A stretch of DNA of 64,000 bases from the NCBI GenBank assembly GCA_938038735.1, contig CALHSW010000076.1, positions 413 to 64,412 of the forward strand, written 5' to 3'. The notes under the pieces were generated by a model. The model made no database searches. It was not told the DNA's origin and worked only from the letters and a program-made list of their open reading frames with translations. Of the stretch, positions 25,969 to 36,502 are shown piece after piece. Position numbers and translations under genes: made by a program. Position 1 is the first letter of the stretch. Every line of letters begins with the position of its first letter. Source of the stretch: an uncultured Bacteroidia bacterium. Its GTDB lineage: Bacteria > Bacteroidota > Bacteroidia > Bacteroidales > CAJPTX01.

Positions 25969-26301
25969 ATGGGCTTGGAACTAGATCCGAATCGATTATT
26001 TTACGGCATTGGGGAGGTGGCGAAAATACTTGATGTGCCGCAAAGTACGCTGCGCTACTGGGAGCAAAACTTTCCGCAGCTCTCCCCCAAGAAGGGGGCC
26101 AATGGCCGTCGGCAGTATACGTCCTCCGACGTGCGTATGCTGAAGGAGATACGGCATTTGCTGAAGGTGGAGGGGGTGTCAATAGAGCAGGCGCGCCATA
26201 GGCTGGGGCAGGCCGATCGGCGGGAGCAGAATCGGATGTCGGCGGTAAGCAAATTGATGGAGCTCAAGCGGAAGCTGCAGGAGTTGCAAAACAAAATTTA
26301 A
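25969..26301 (+). CDS. MerR-family helix-turn-helix transcriptional regulator
   Basis: YGIGEVAKILDVPQSTLRYWEQNFPQL...GRRQYTSSDVRMLKEIRHLL is a typical MerR N-terminal HTH plus wing. Coiled-coil C-terminus. Confidence 0.85.
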   Translation: MGLELDPNRLFYGIGEVAKILDVPQSTLRYWEQNFPQLSPKKGANGRRQYTSSDVRMLKEIRHLLKVEGVSIEQARHRLGQADRREQNRMSAVSKLMELKRKLQELQNKI

Positions 26302-26302
26302 G

Positions 26303-27088
26303 ATGCGGGTAACAGTGGGCGATGTGGCCGCGGCGATTGAAGAGTTTGCGCCGCTGTCGCTACAGGAGGAGTACGATAATAGCGGGCTGCAGGTAGGGCG
26401 CATTGATAGCGAAGTGCGCGGGGTGCTTGTCTGCTTTGACGTGAACGAGGCAGTACTCGACGAGGCTGAGGCGCAGGGGTGCGACATGGTGGTGTCGCAC
26501 CACCCGGTGCTATTTCGGGGTATAAAATATTTTACAGGGGCTATACGTGAGGGAAATCTCGTGGAGCGCGCCATAAAAAATGGGGTCACGCTATACGCTG
26601 CGCATACGAACCTGGATTTTGCCCGTGGTGGGGTGAGCTACGTGATGGGGAGTCGGCTGGGGCTGGAGGGGATGATGGCATTGCGTACCGATGCCGCGGG
26701 GCGAGAGATGGGGGTAGTCGGCTCGCTAGCGCATGCAGTGCCGCCCGCGGCGTTCCTAGCACTGCTCAAGGAACGTCTCAAATGCTCCACTATTCGCTAC
26801 AACGCAGAGAGCTCGGTGGGCGAGGTGCGGCGGGTGGCGCTATGCGGCGGGAGCGGAATGGACCTCTACAATGAGGCATTGCAGAAAAAGGCTGATGCAT
26901 TTGTCACGGGAGATGCAAAATACCATGATTTTCAGCGTGGCATAGGGCAGATGTTGCTAGTGGATGTGGGGCATCGGGAGAGCGAGTGGGGGGCAGTCCG
27001 TTTGCTAGCGGATATAATTCGTGAGAAAATACCTAACTTCGCGGTTCACGAGAGTGTTCGTGATGGGAGTCCGGTGCGGTACTACTAA
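26303..27088 (+). CDS. Nif3-family dinuclear metal centre protein (YbgI/GTP cyclohydrolase 1 type 2 homologue)
   Basis: MVVSHHPVLFRGIK, LYAAHTNLDFA and C-terminal GHRESE metal-ligand contexts. Confidence 0.88.
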   Translation: MRVTVGDVAAAIEEFAPLSLQEEYDNSGLQVGRIDSEVRGVLVCFDVNEAVLDEAEAQGCDMVVSHHPVLFRGIKYFTGAIREGNLVERAIKNGVTLYAAHTNLDFARGGVSYVMGSRLGLEGMMALRTDAAGREMGVVGSLAHAVPPAAFLALLKERLKCSTIRYNAESSVGEVRRVALCGGSGMDLYNEALQKKADAFVTGDAKYHDFQRGIGQMLLVDVGHRESEWGAVRLLADIIREKIPNFAVHESVRDGSPVRYY

Positions 27089-27107
27089 TTTATACAAGAG
27101 CAGAACA

Positions 27108-27935
27108 ATGGCAGGGGAAAACAGGGTCGTTCAGTCAGAGGAGTTAACGCTTGAAAACAGCTTGAAGGTTCTATTCGAATTGCAGCGGGTGGATGCGCGC
27201 ATAGCGCATATTCGGATGCTGCGTGGAGAGTTACCCATGGCCGTGGAGGATTTGGAGGATGAAATTGCGGGGCTACAAACGCGCATAGGGAACTTACAGG
27301 ATGCGCAGAAAGCGGCATCCAGCGATATAAACACGAAGCGTCATGAGATAAAGAGCGCCGAGGTACTCATTAAGAAGTATGAGAAGCAGCTTGAAAATGT
27401 GCGTAACAATCGGGAGTACGACAATCTGACGAAGGAGGTAGAGTACCAACAGCTTGAGGTGGAGCTTCGCAACAAGCAGATAAAGGAACTGAAGATTAAG
27501 AACGATGAGACCGGTGCTTCCATTGAGAGTACGAAGCAAGTGATAGCGGAGCGGGAGCAAGATTTGCAGGCTAAGCGGGCAGAACTAGAATCGGTCATCG
27601 CGGAGACAGCTAAGGAGGAGGCGGAGCTTACGCAGGAGTCTGAAAGGCTACAGGCGCAGCTGCCGGAGCGGCTGTTGAAGGCGTACATACGCATATGCGG
27701 CAGCGTGCGGAATGGGTTGGGGGTGGTTACCGTGGTGCGCGGTGCGTGCGGCGGCTGCTTCCGCCGTATACCGCCGCAGCGGCAGCTGGACATTCGCTCC
27801 CATAAACGGGTGGTGGTGTGCGAGAATTGCGGACGGATTATCGTGGATGACCCCACGCAGGCGCCCGAGGAGGCAGAAGAGGCCCCCGAGGAGGTGAAGC
27901 CCATGGCAAAACGCCGCAGAAGGGCGGAGAAGTAG
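27108..27935 (+). CDS. Coiled-coil zinc-ribbon protein (COG1579-type, usual Nif3 neighbour)
   Basis: Start set to the ATG at 27108 (MAGENRVV). Long heptad-rich region, then CGGCFRRIPPQ...CENCGRI zinc ribbon. Confidence 0.82.
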   Translation: MAGENRVVQSEELTLENSLKVLFELQRVDARIAHIRMLRGELPMAVEDLEDEIAGLQTRIGNLQDAQKAASSDINTKRHEIKSAEVLIKKYEKQLENVRNNREYDNLTKEVEYQQLEVELRNKQIKELKIKNDETGASIESTKQVIAEREQDLQAKRAELESVIAETAKEEAELTQESERLQAQLPERLLKAYIRICGSVRNGLGVVTVVRGACGGCFRRIPPQRQLDIRSHKRVVVCENCGRIIVDDPTQAPEEAEEAPEEVKPMAKRRRRAEK

Positions 27936-27989
27936 AGGCCAAGCGCAGGTTTAACGATTGTAGATAGGCGTAGAAAGAGAGGGTCAAGC

Positions 27990-30140
27990 ATGTGGGGAGG
28001 GGCAATCGCACAGCGAAAGAAGAAAAGGGAACCGCTGCGTAGCTACTGGCTTCCTATGCTTTATCTCTGCGTTGCGGCGTTGGTGCTTTACGCGCTAGTG
28101 CCGCGGCAGGCGCGTTTCCACTACGAGTTCCAGCAGGGGAAAGTGTGGGTGTACCCCATGCTACGTGCTCCGTTTGATTACCCCCTATATCTTAGCGCCA
28201 AGGAGCAGGCGCAAGTACAACAGCAACTCGCCCAGCGCATACTCCCCGTGTTCCGTCTTGACACGATGGTGCAACACGATGTGGAGCGGGCGGTGCAGCT
28301 ACGCTGCGAGCAAACGTGGAATCGCGAGAATGGGATGGGGCAGCCTTTGCCGTCCAAGAAGACCGCTGCCATTCTCGACACGCTGCGCGCTACCGTGAGC
28401 AGCACGCTGGACTACCTTTACACGTGCGGTGTCGTGAATAGCGGCAACGTGCTGCAGACATCGACCAATGGGGAGTTCTCAGTGCTGCGAAACCATGTGA
28501 GCTACGATACGCAGCTGCGTGACGTGTACACACCGCAGAGCGCAAGTGGCTTTCTTGCCGGTACGCTGCAGCGGGTGGACACCTTGCGCAAGGGGCTGAA
28601 CGTATGGCAGACAATCGATTTTTCTGACCTGTTCGCAGTCAACCTGACCTACGATTCGCTTCTTACCCGGCAGCTGCGAGAGGAGAAGCTGCGCACCATG
28701 GCGCGCGCAGAGGGGGTGGTGCACGCTGGGGAGCGAATTATTGACCAGGGTGATGTAGTCACCCCCGAGAGCTACCGTAAGTTGGTATCGCTACAGCATG
28801 AATTCCAAAGGCGGCAGTACGCAGGGTGGCGGCGCGTTGGCAACGAGCTTGGCATTTTCCTCTCGATTCTTTTGGCGTTTTCTCTCTACTTCTGTTTCCT
28901 GCGAGCATACCGGCCGCAGGTGCTAGATCAGCGAAGAGAGTTCCTTTTCCTTGTGCTGCTGACCACGGCGTTGGTGGCGGCGGGCTACCTGTGCATACGT
29001 TTGGCGCCGCAGTTTCTCTACGCAGTGCCATTTTTGCTCGTCCCATTCCTAACCAAAAGTTTTTTTGATGGGCGGGTAGGGCTGGTGACGCATTTGCTGA
29101 CGATTTACCTCGTGGCACTCTTTACCAGCAACAGCTTTGATTTTTTCACGCTCAACCTCACTGCGGGTATCGTGGCACTATACAGCATCCGAACGATATA
29201 TCGACGAGGAAAGCTATTCGTTTCGGTATGCTACACGCTGGTGACATTCATTGCGGTGCATGCGCTCACCGCGCTGCTTAAGGAGGGGAATTTGTCGTCG
29301 ATAACGGTATTTGACATGGGCCTTTTCATGGCAAACTCCTTCCTTACGTTGGCTGTACACCCATTGATGTACCCGCTGGAACGCATTTTTGGCTTCGTTT
29401 CGGAGGCGACGCTCATGGAGCTTTGCGATGTGAATCAGCCGCTGCTACGGGAGCTTTCCGAACGTGCGCCAGGCACCTTCCAGCACAGCTTGCAGGTGGC
29501 CATACTAGCGGAGGCTGCAGTGGCGGAGATCGGGGGTAATCCACTCCTCGTGCGAGCGGGAGCCCTCTACCACGATTTGGGGAAAATGATCCACCCTGAA
29601 TTCTTTACAGAGAATCAGACGCTGGGTATGAAAAATCCCCATGCAGCATTGACCGAGGAGGAGAGCTCGCAGCGGGTTATCCAGCACGTGATTGATGGGT
29701 TTGAAGTGGCTCGCAAGCACGGTTTGCCGGAGCAGGTGATTGCCTTTGCCCGAACGCACCACGGCACAACGCAGACGGCCTACTTCTACCGCATGTACAA
29801 GGCGAAGCACCCCGATGAGCCGGATCCAAAGGAGCGATTTAGCTACCCAGGACCACGACCATACTCAAAGGAGATGGTGGTGCTGATGATGGCCGACTCC
29901 ATAGAGGCGGCATCGCGAAGCCTAGAACCCTTCACGCGGGAGTCGCTCGAGTCAATGGTGGAGGCCATCGTGGAACGGCAGCAGGCGCTGGAACAGTATA
30001 ATGATAGCGACATCACGCTTCACGATATCGAAACGATTAAGCGTGTATTCGTTGAAAAGCTGATGAATATCAACCACACCCGGATAGCCTATCCACCGGA
30101 TCCCGATGACACGAAAGGGAAGGATGCGGCGAGAGGATAG
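27990..30140 (+). CDS. 7TM-receptor-type HD/HDIG phosphohydrolase (PgpH-like)
   Basis: Extracytoplasmic N-domain, about 7 TM helices, HD domain FQHSLQVAILAE...GALYHDLGK...RTHHGT. Confidence 0.88.
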   Translation: MWGGAIAQRKKKREPLRSYWLPMLYLCVAALVLYALVPRQARFHYEFQQGKVWVYPMLRAPFDYPLYLSAKEQAQVQQQLAQRILPVFRLDTMVQHDVERAVQLRCEQTWNRENGMGQPLPSKKTAAILDTLRATVSSTLDYLYTCGVVNSGNVLQTSTNGEFSVLRNHVSYDTQLRDVYTPQSASGFLAGTLQRVDTLRKGLNVWQTIDFSDLFAVNLTYDSLLTRQLREEKLRTMARAEGVVHAGERIIDQGDVVTPESYRKLVSLQHEFQRRQYAGWRRVGNELGIFLSILLAFSLYFCFLRAYRPQVLDQRREFLFLVLLTTALVAAGYLCIRLAPQFLYAVPFLLVPFLTKSFFDGRVGLVTHLLTIYLVALFTSNSFDFFTLNLTAGIVALYSIRTIYRRGKLFVSVCYTLVTFIAVHALTALLKEGNLSSITVFDMGLFMANSFLTLAVHPLMYPLERIFGFVSEATLMELCDVNQPLLRELSERAPGTFQHSLQVAILAEAAVAEIGGNPLLVRAGALYHDLGKMIHPEFFTENQTLGMKNPHAALTEEESSQRVIQHVIDGFEVARKHGLPEQVIAFARTHHGTTQTAYFYRMYKAKHPDEPDPKERFSYPGPRPYSKEMVVLMMADSIEAASRSLEPFTRESLESMVEAIVERQQALEQYNDSDITLHDIETIKRVFVEKLMNINHTRIAYPPDPDDTKGKDAARG

Positions 30141-30321
30141 CAATGATGCAGCAAGGGAACCATAGCTACCGTAGGGCTGGAGGTTAGCACCACGCAAATG
30201 GTCAGTGAGCGAGTTTGCGAAGAGGAGTCGCCAAGGGCTAAGTGGCGGGAATGCGGTACTGCGGCTATAGGCTTTGATTGGGAATCAAGCCAGATAACGG
30301 CTAGAATAGTTGAATCATAAA

Positions 30322-30329
30322 TACCTTTG
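30322..30329 (+). promoter_or_regulatory. -7 box TACCTTTG about 240 nt upstream of susC-like gene (implies a long 5' leader)
   Basis: Exact TAnnTTTG match. No credible ORF between it and the ATG at 30571. Confidence 0.4.
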
Positions 30330-30570
30330 CCTCGATGTGATACCTCCGCTCAGAGGAAGGAACGCAAGGTGCTAAGTGTGGGGGAGTGGATTGCGGATAT
30401 CCGACAGGAGGCTAAGCTTGATAAGAAAATGGCAATTAGAGTCGCCGCTCGGTGAAGGTTTCCTTATGTGACGGTGTCTGCCCAAAGCCTATTGCCATGG
30501 GGATTTAATTTTTTACTCCAAAAGAATAGTGTAAATTTGCGGACGAAAGAGCAATTGAAATGGTACAATC

Positions 30571-33500
30571 ATGAAAAATGCGATACTTTTATTCATCGCG
30601 CTAGTTGGGAGCGTGGGCGTGCTGACGGCGCAGGAACACACCGTAAGCGGCGTAGTTACCGATGCGGCAAGCGGTGAACCCCTACCGCAGGTGAACGTGC
30701 AAATCAAGGGAACGCAGCGCGGCACGGTGACGGATAATGCCGGCCGCTACACGCTGCGCCTCCCGGAGTCAGGCGCAACGCTCGTTTTCTTCTACACGGG
30801 GTACGAATCGAAGGAGGTAGAGGTTATCGCGCAGAAGGAGGTTAATGTGGCTTTAGGCGAATCGCATGAAGAGATAGAGCAGGTAGTGGTGACTGGGTAC
30901 CAAAAGATAGAGAAGGAGCGAAGCACGGGGTCGTACGCGATTTTGGGTGAGAAAGAAATCGCCCGCGTGCGAACGAAGAGCCTTGAGAGTCGGCTGCAGG
31001 AGGTGGCCGCAGGGGTGGCGTACAATAGCGTAACGAAACAGCTGCAGGTGCGCGGTGTGACGAGCCTAATGGCCAACGCGGCGCCGCTGGTGGTACTTGA
31101 CGGATTGCCCTTTGAGGGGACGCTTGATCAGATAAACCCCTCGACGGTGCGTAGCGTAACGGTACTACGCGACGCGGCAGCGGCATCCATATACGGCGCG
31201 CAGGCGGCCAACGGGGTGATAGTGGTGGAAACCACGCAGGGCGGTAGCGGATTCCAAGTGCAGTACGATGGGATGGTGCAGGTAAAGCCGATAGCTAGCA
31301 TTGCAGGGCTGAATTTGATGTCAAGCAGCGAATACGTAGACTATAACGATTGGTTGTTGCGTAAGTATGACGCCAATGCTCTTATGCCGAGGAGATGGCA
31401 CTACTCCAACGACCTCCAGCGGCGGTTCGTGGAGTGCTTTATCACGAAGACGATTACGGAGGCGCAATATAACGCAACGCTTGATAGCCTTCGCCAGCTA
31501 GATAATCGGCAGCAGGTGAGGGATTTACTAGAAAGAGTAGGGGTATACCATAGCCATAGCGTGATGGTAAGCGGGGGAAGCGATAGGCATCGACTTGTCG
31601 GGGTGGCGCGCTTTGAGCAGGAGCGCCCCAATGATAAGCGTGAGGGCACGCAGAGCGTTTCGTTCAATCTGCGAAACGTATCGCAGTTTAATCAATACGT
31701 TAAAACGGATGTCGGTATACAGGCCCAGCTGGGGAACGGAATGGCCTTCACAGGGATTAGGAAGGCCGATGACTTTTACCGTATGTACCCAGCGTACAGT
31801 ATGCTGTATGGAGAGAGAGGCAATGCGCTGCAATTTTACATTGATCGGAATGAGTTTAGCATAGATAGCGTTGCGCATACCCTGGGTCTGCTTGAGGAGC
31901 GCTTTTTCCCATCATTAGACCTAAAAAGATCCTACAGGCAGAACAGCGACCGCTGGGGCCGTAGCAATCTGGCAATCACAATAACCCCCATTCGGGTGCT
32001 GCAGATAGAGGCGCGCGGGGCCATGGAGTACGGGTGGGGCAAGACGGTAGATATTGACGAGGAGGATGCGTATTCAATGGTCAAGCTTTACAATGATGGG
32101 TCAAAGTATAACGCAGCGACTAACCAATGGGAGCATGCCATTCCGCGCGGGGGGCGGCTCCGCTCCATGCAAACTGAGACCTTTAGCTACACAGCGCGGC
32201 TCCAGGCTAACTACGACCAGCAATTCGGCATACACCGTATCACGGCATTGGTGGGTGGGGAGCTGCGGGAGCGGATTGACAGGCTGTCAAGCAATGAGCT
32301 GCTCGGCTACAACCCGCGGACTTTGGCCTTCGCATTGGTAAATGAGGCGGAACTGAGTGTGGGAATACCGGGCACCGCAAAGCTAGACAATCAACCGCTG
32401 TTTTATTACCTACAGAAGGGAGAAAGCGAGCCGCACGAGCGTTTCTGCTCGTACTACGCCACCGCCTCCTACAGCCTACTGCAGCGCTACAACCTCACGG
32501 GAAGCATCCGTGTGGATCAATCCAACCTGTGGGGGACGGCGCCAGAGGTTCAGTGGAAGCCGCTGTGGTCTGTAGGTGCAAGCTGGCAGCTTGACGAGGA
32601 GAGCTTTATGCAGAATGCGCGGGGTTGGCTCAATCGGTTGGTGCTTCGTGGGTCGTACGGGATTAGCGGCAACGTACCGCGCGGCGCGTATCCGGTACTA
32701 GTAGTAAAGCCCGAGATTAATGCATGGGTTACAACGCTGCCGGCATTTAGGATAGATGGTGCACCTAACCCGAAACTACGTTGGGAGAAGACGGCGACAA
32801 CCAACGTTGGGGTTGATTGGGCGATGTTCAACCACCGTTTTTCAGGGACGGTGGAGTGGTACTACCGCATGACGAGCGATCTGCTAGGGCATCGCCCCGC
32901 GGACCCGACCCTGGGGTGGACAGATGTGCTGGTAAACTACGGCAAGATGCGGAACACAGGGGTGGAATTATCGCTCTACGGCCAGCTGGTGGCGATAGGG
33001 GACTTCAGCGTTAGCGCCAACGCCATGTTCAGCTATAATCGCAGCAAGCTGCTAGAGGTCCGTAAGGGGAAAGACGAATCAATCGTATCGCGGGTTATGG
33101 CCCCTCGGGAGGTGGAGGGCTACCCCTACGGCAGCCTATTTAGCTATGCATTCGCGGGGTTGTCGCCCGTGGATGGCAGTCCGCAGCTCTATCTGCATAA
33201 TGGAAAGCTAGGCAAACGGGCTGAAGAGATGGAGGATTTGAAATTTTCTGGCACTGTGATTCCGCTCTATAATAGTAGTTTGAGCCTTGCCTTTGGCTGG
33301 AGAGGCTTAGACCTTACAACTACCTTTCTATACTACGGAGGGCATGTGATACGGCGGCCCGTAGCATCGTACGACTGGTGGCAAGCGGGTGCGATAGGCC
33401 AAGATCGCGACTACCTGCACGTATGGAAGCAGCCTGGGGACGAGCTGCGTGAAGAGACCGTGCCTGCGCCGAGCAGCTCAAGCTTAAATCAGGAAGATCA

Positions 33501-33771
33501 GTACGTATGGTCAGCCGCGGATAAGCATGTGCTTAGGGCAGACTACATCAAGTTTAGTGCACTGTCTTTGACGTACGCCCTGCCAGAGCAGTGGCTCGCG
33601 CCGGCAAAAATAGCAGGGCTACAGGTTGGTTTCCAAGTGGAAAACATTGTTAACATCCCATTCAATCGGGCGGGAGTGGATCCAGAGATGGTGCAAAGCA
33701 CCACGGCTGGCGCTATACGGTTACGAAAGATGCCCCCATACTATACGGTGTCGTTAAAGTTGAATATTTAA
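30571..33771 (+). CDS. SusC/RagA-family TonB-linked outer-membrane protein
   Basis: Signal peptide, CarboxypepD_reg domain (VSGVVTDAASGEPLPQVNVQIKGTQRGTVTDNAGRYTL), plug (VTVLRDAAAASIYGAQAANGVIVV), 1066 aa. Confidence 0.93.
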   Translation: MKNAILLFIALVGSVGVLTAQEHTVSGVVTDAASGEPLPQVNVQIKGTQRGTVTDNAGRYTLRLPESGATLVFFYTGYESKEVEVIAQKEVNVALGESHEEIEQVVVTGYQKIEKERSTGSYAILGEKEIARVRTKSLESRLQEVAAGVAYNSVTKQLQVRGVTSLMANAAPLVVLDGLPFEGTLDQINPSTVRSVTVLRDAAAASIYGAQAANGVIVVETTQGGSGFQVQYDGMVQVKPIASIAGLNLMSSSEYVDYNDWLLRKYDANALMPRRWHYSNDLQRRFVECFITKTITEAQYNATLDSLRQLDNRQQVRDLLERVGVYHSHSVMVSGGSDRHRLVGVARFEQERPNDKREGTQSVSFNLRNVSQFNQYVKTDVGIQAQLGNGMAFTGIRKADDFYRMYPAYSMLYGERGNALQFYIDRNEFSIDSVAHTLGLLEERFFPSLDLKRSYRQNSDRWGRSNLAITITPIRVLQIEARGAMEYGWGKTVDIDEEDAYSMVKLYNDGSKYNAATNQWEHAIPRGGRLRSMQTETFSYTARLQANYDQQFGIHRITALVGGELRERIDRLSSNELLGYNPRTLAFALVNEAELSVGIPGTAKLDNQPLFYYLQKGESEPHERFCSYYATASYSLLQRYNLTGSIRVDQSNLWGTAPEVQWKPLWSVGASWQLDEESFMQNARGWLNRLVLRGSYGISGNVPRGAYPVLVVKPEINAWVTTLPAFRIDGAPNPKLRWEKTATTNVGVDWAMFNHRFSGTVEWYYRMTSDLLGHRPADPTLGWTDVLVNYGKMRNTGVELSLYGQLVAIGDFSVSANAMFSYNRSKLLEVRKGKDESIVSRVMAPREVEGYPYGSLFSYAFAGLSPVDGSPQLYLHNGKLGKRAEEMEDLKFSGTVIPLYNSSLSLAFGWRGLDLTTTFLYYGGHVIRRPVASYDWWQAGAIGQDRDYLHVWKQPGDELREETVPAPSSSSLNQEDQYVWSAADKHVLRADYIKFSALSLTYALPEQWLAPAKIAGLQVGFQVENIVNIPFNRAGVDPEMVQSTTAGAIRLRKMPPYYTVSLKLNI

Positions 33772-33788
33772 AGGGCGGAGGCAAAACG

Positions 33789-35210
33789 ATGAAGAATTAC
33801 AGAAAAGTTGCAGTACTTCAAGGGGTTATAGTGTCGTTACTTCTGTTCGCGGGGTGTGAGAAATGGCTTAACATAGCCCCGAAGGGAATGCTTGTTCCGG
33901 AGACGGTCGATGAGTTCGATTTGATGCTTAACGCAAACGATTTGTGTAAAAGCTCTCTCTATGAGGCTCTATTTCTTACAGATGATACATATCTGCTTGT
34001 GACGACAGACGATAATGGACTGGATGTGCCTACAAACCTCGGAACGTCTACCGGGCGGATGTACGTTTACGATGCCGACAGATACTATACGGAGACGGAT
34101 TACAACTCATACTACGATGCAGCCTACAAAAGGATATACACGTATAATGTTATCGTGGAAAACGTACTGAAGGCATCGGGCGATGCGCAGAAAGCGCGGA
34201 GCGTACGGGCAGAGGCGCTATGCGGCCGGGCAATGGAGTACCTGCTGCTCATTAACCTCTTTGCCCCGCACTACGATGCATCTACTGCCAGCTCAAGCTA
34301 CGGCGTTCCGCTGATACTAAGCCCAGACCTTGAGACGGAGGGCGTTACAAAGGCGAGCGTTGCCGAGGTCTACGTGCAGGTAGAGAAGGATTTGCACGAG
34401 GCACTGGCCGACTTGCCATCATCACCGGCGCATGGTACTCCATTACGCTTTAGCAAGGCAGCATCATTGGGCTTCCTCGCCAAGGTTGCATTCCTAAAGG
34501 GGGAGTGGGCTAACGCGCTGACATGGTGCCAAAAGGTAAAGGATGAGATGAAAGGACTGCCCCTGCACGATTGGACAAAGAATCAGCTGGTGGACCCGAT
34601 GTCAATGTTAAGCGACTACCCCGATGTGGTAAATAGCGAGGAAAATATTTTACTGCGCTATCCCGATGCGGCCTTCGGGCTATCGTGGTGTACCTACTGC
34701 TCCCCCTCGCTGCTAAAGCTATTTGACCAGGAAAATGATATGCGCTACGTATTGCAGTTTACAGATAATGTCTACGGCGTACCATTGAGCAGTCCCGACC
34801 TGCGCTACTACTCTAGCTATATAAAGTTTAGCACTGGGATTAGCACGCCGGAGATCTATCTAATGGCAGCCGAATGCAAGGTGCGCACAGGCGATGTGGC
34901 GGGGGGTATAGACCTACTCAACCAGCTACGTGCGCATCGAATAAAAGATGTGACTCCCTTGGCTGCGGGAACGGCAGAAGAGGCGTTGCGGCTAGTTTTA
35001 GAGGAGCGGCGCCGCGAGCTGTACAACCACTCCGTAGAGCGGCTGATTGATATAAAGCGTTTGGCAGAGGATCCCGCGACGCGCGTAACGGTGCGCCATG
35101 AGTTGCCCGGCGGCGAGACCATTGAGGTGGATGGCAACGACAGCCGTATGATTCTACCGATTCCGCCCCAGGTTCTTAATTTTAACCCGGGTATGAAGCC
35201 CCGTGGCTAA
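33789..35210 (+). CDS. SusD/RagB-family nutrient-binding lipoprotein
   Basis: Lipobox LLFAGCE, immediately downstream of SusC. SusD-like C-terminal LEERRRELYNHSVERLIDIKR. Confidence 0.9.
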   Translation: MKNYRKVAVLQGVIVSLLLFAGCEKWLNIAPKGMLVPETVDEFDLMLNANDLCKSSLYEALFLTDDTYLLVTTDDNGLDVPTNLGTSTGRMYVYDADRYYTETDYNSYYDAAYKRIYTYNVIVENVLKASGDAQKARSVRAEALCGRAMEYLLLINLFAPHYDASTASSSYGVPLILSPDLETEGVTKASVAEVYVQVEKDLHEALADLPSSPAHGTPLRFSKAASLGFLAKVAFLKGEWANALTWCQKVKDEMKGLPLHDWTKNQLVDPMSMLSDYPDVVNSEENILLRYPDAAFGLSWCTYCSPSLLKLFDQENDMRYVLQFTDNVYGVPLSSPDLRYYSSYIKFSTGISTPEIYLMAAECKVRTGDVAGGIDLLNQLRAHRIKDVTPLAAGTAEEALRLVLEERRRELYNHSVERLIDIKRLAEDPATRVTVRHELPGGETIEVDGNDSRMILPIPPQVLNFNPGMKPRG

Positions 35211-35317
35211 GTTGGACACAAAACGAAGGTGCATCCGTCCCTAATTCTTGGGCGATGGCGGGTATTATAGCCGGATGAGAGTTTTTAATGGTCTTAACCA
35301 ATAGGAATAGAAAGGCG

Positions 35318-36502
35318 ATGAAAGTGGTAAGGAAATTAGCTGCATATGGGTTTCTTGCGGCGGCGGCGTGCGTGGCATGCGGGTGTGGGGAAAGCGATAG
35401 GCGTGCAGGAGTGGACGTGCAGGGCGAGGTGGAGGGGTTTGACGCAACGAAGATGGTGATTAGCCGCGTTGCCAACCAACCGTACGACCAGCTAGTGCCT
35501 CTTGATACGGTGTCAGTGGAGAGTGGACATTTTGCCTGGCGGTGCGACACGCTGGGTTGTGATGTTTACGCATTGACCTTTATAACCGATGCGGAGCTGA
35601 ATGACAACAGCGTGTATGCGCTACTTGGTGATGGGCGAGTGACCATGAAGGTGGTTCGCTCCGCGCAGGGCAGGCTGGAGCCGCATAGCCAGGGAAGCGC
35701 GATGCAGAGTCGGTATGAAGACTTTATAGCGGGGTACCGAAAGGCGGGGCGCCAGGCGGAGATAGACTCCGTTGAGCGGGAATTCTACGCGGCGCGCAAT
35801 CGGAACGATACGGTAACCATGGCGGCGATAAAAGAGAGCAGCAGGCAGCTTTATTCGGATGGGGCTGCGCAGGTAGAGAAGTATGTAAAGGAGCGGATGG
35901 CCGATAGCAGCCGTGACTTTTTCACCTTCTTTCTATACTACATGTTTGAGGTAGTGCCGAAAAGCATTGTCCGTCAAGGTCAGATAGATACCATCAATCA
36001 GCAGCTGTTGGAGTGGCGCGGGGCAGAGGTGCAGACCTCTCGATTGATGCGGGATGCGCGGGAGCGAATAGCCATAGCCTCGCGAAGCGTGGAGGGGGCG
36101 CTTGCGCCTGAATTGGTGTGCGTGGGTCCTCAAGGCGATACGTTACGTCTCAGCGAACTGCGGGGGCGGCGTGTGCTCATTGATTTTTGGGCGAGCTACT
36201 GCAGCTGGTGTCGCTTGGAAATGCCCACGCTGCGTAAAGCCTATGAACAGTATGCCGCTGCGAAAGGCGTTACCTTTCTATCCGTGTCGATAGATAAAAG
36301 CCGGGATGCATGGCTCCGCGCAGTGGAGGAGGAGGGGATGCCTTGGAAGAATGCGCTGGTGACCGAGGCGCAGGCCGCGACGGTTACAACGGACTACAAC
36401 ATCACGGGTATCCCTTTGATACTGCTGCTCGATGAGGAGGGCAGGATTGTGCGGAGGGGGCTGCGTGGAGAAGAGATCTCGGAGGTGCTGGCAGCGCTGT
36501 AG
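35318..36502 (+). CDS. TlpA-like thioredoxin-fold lipoprotein (AhpC/TSA family) with an N-terminal DUF4369-like domain
   Basis: Start set to the ATG at 35318 (MKVVRKLAAYGFLAAAACVACGC lipobox). Redox motif FWASYCSWC. Confidence 0.85.
   Translation: MKVVRKLAAYGFLAAAACVACGCGESDRRAGVDVQGEVEGFDATKMVISRVANQPYDQLVPLDTVSVESGHFAWRCDTLGCDVYALTFITDAELNDNSVYALLGDGRVTMKVVRSAQGRLEPHSQGSAMQSRYEDFIAGYRKAGRQAEIDSVEREFYAARNRNDTVTMAAIKESSRQLYSDGAAQVEKYVKERMADSSRDFFTFFLYYMFEVVPKSIVRQGQIDTINQQLLEWRGAEVQTSRLMRDARERIAIASRSVEGALAPELVCVGPQGDTLRLSELRGRRVLIDFWASYCSWCRLEMPTLRKAYEQYAAAKGVTFLSVSIDKSRDAWLRAVEEEGMPWKNALVTEAQAATVTTDYNITGIPLILLLDEEGRIVRRGLRGEEISEVLAAL

Noticed and set aside
27341-27991. A 216-aa minus-strand ORF, Ser-rich
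   Set aside because: It is antisense to the coiled-coil zinc-ribbon gene. The Ser/Cys-rich low-complexity artefact comes from GAG/AAG-rich sense codons.
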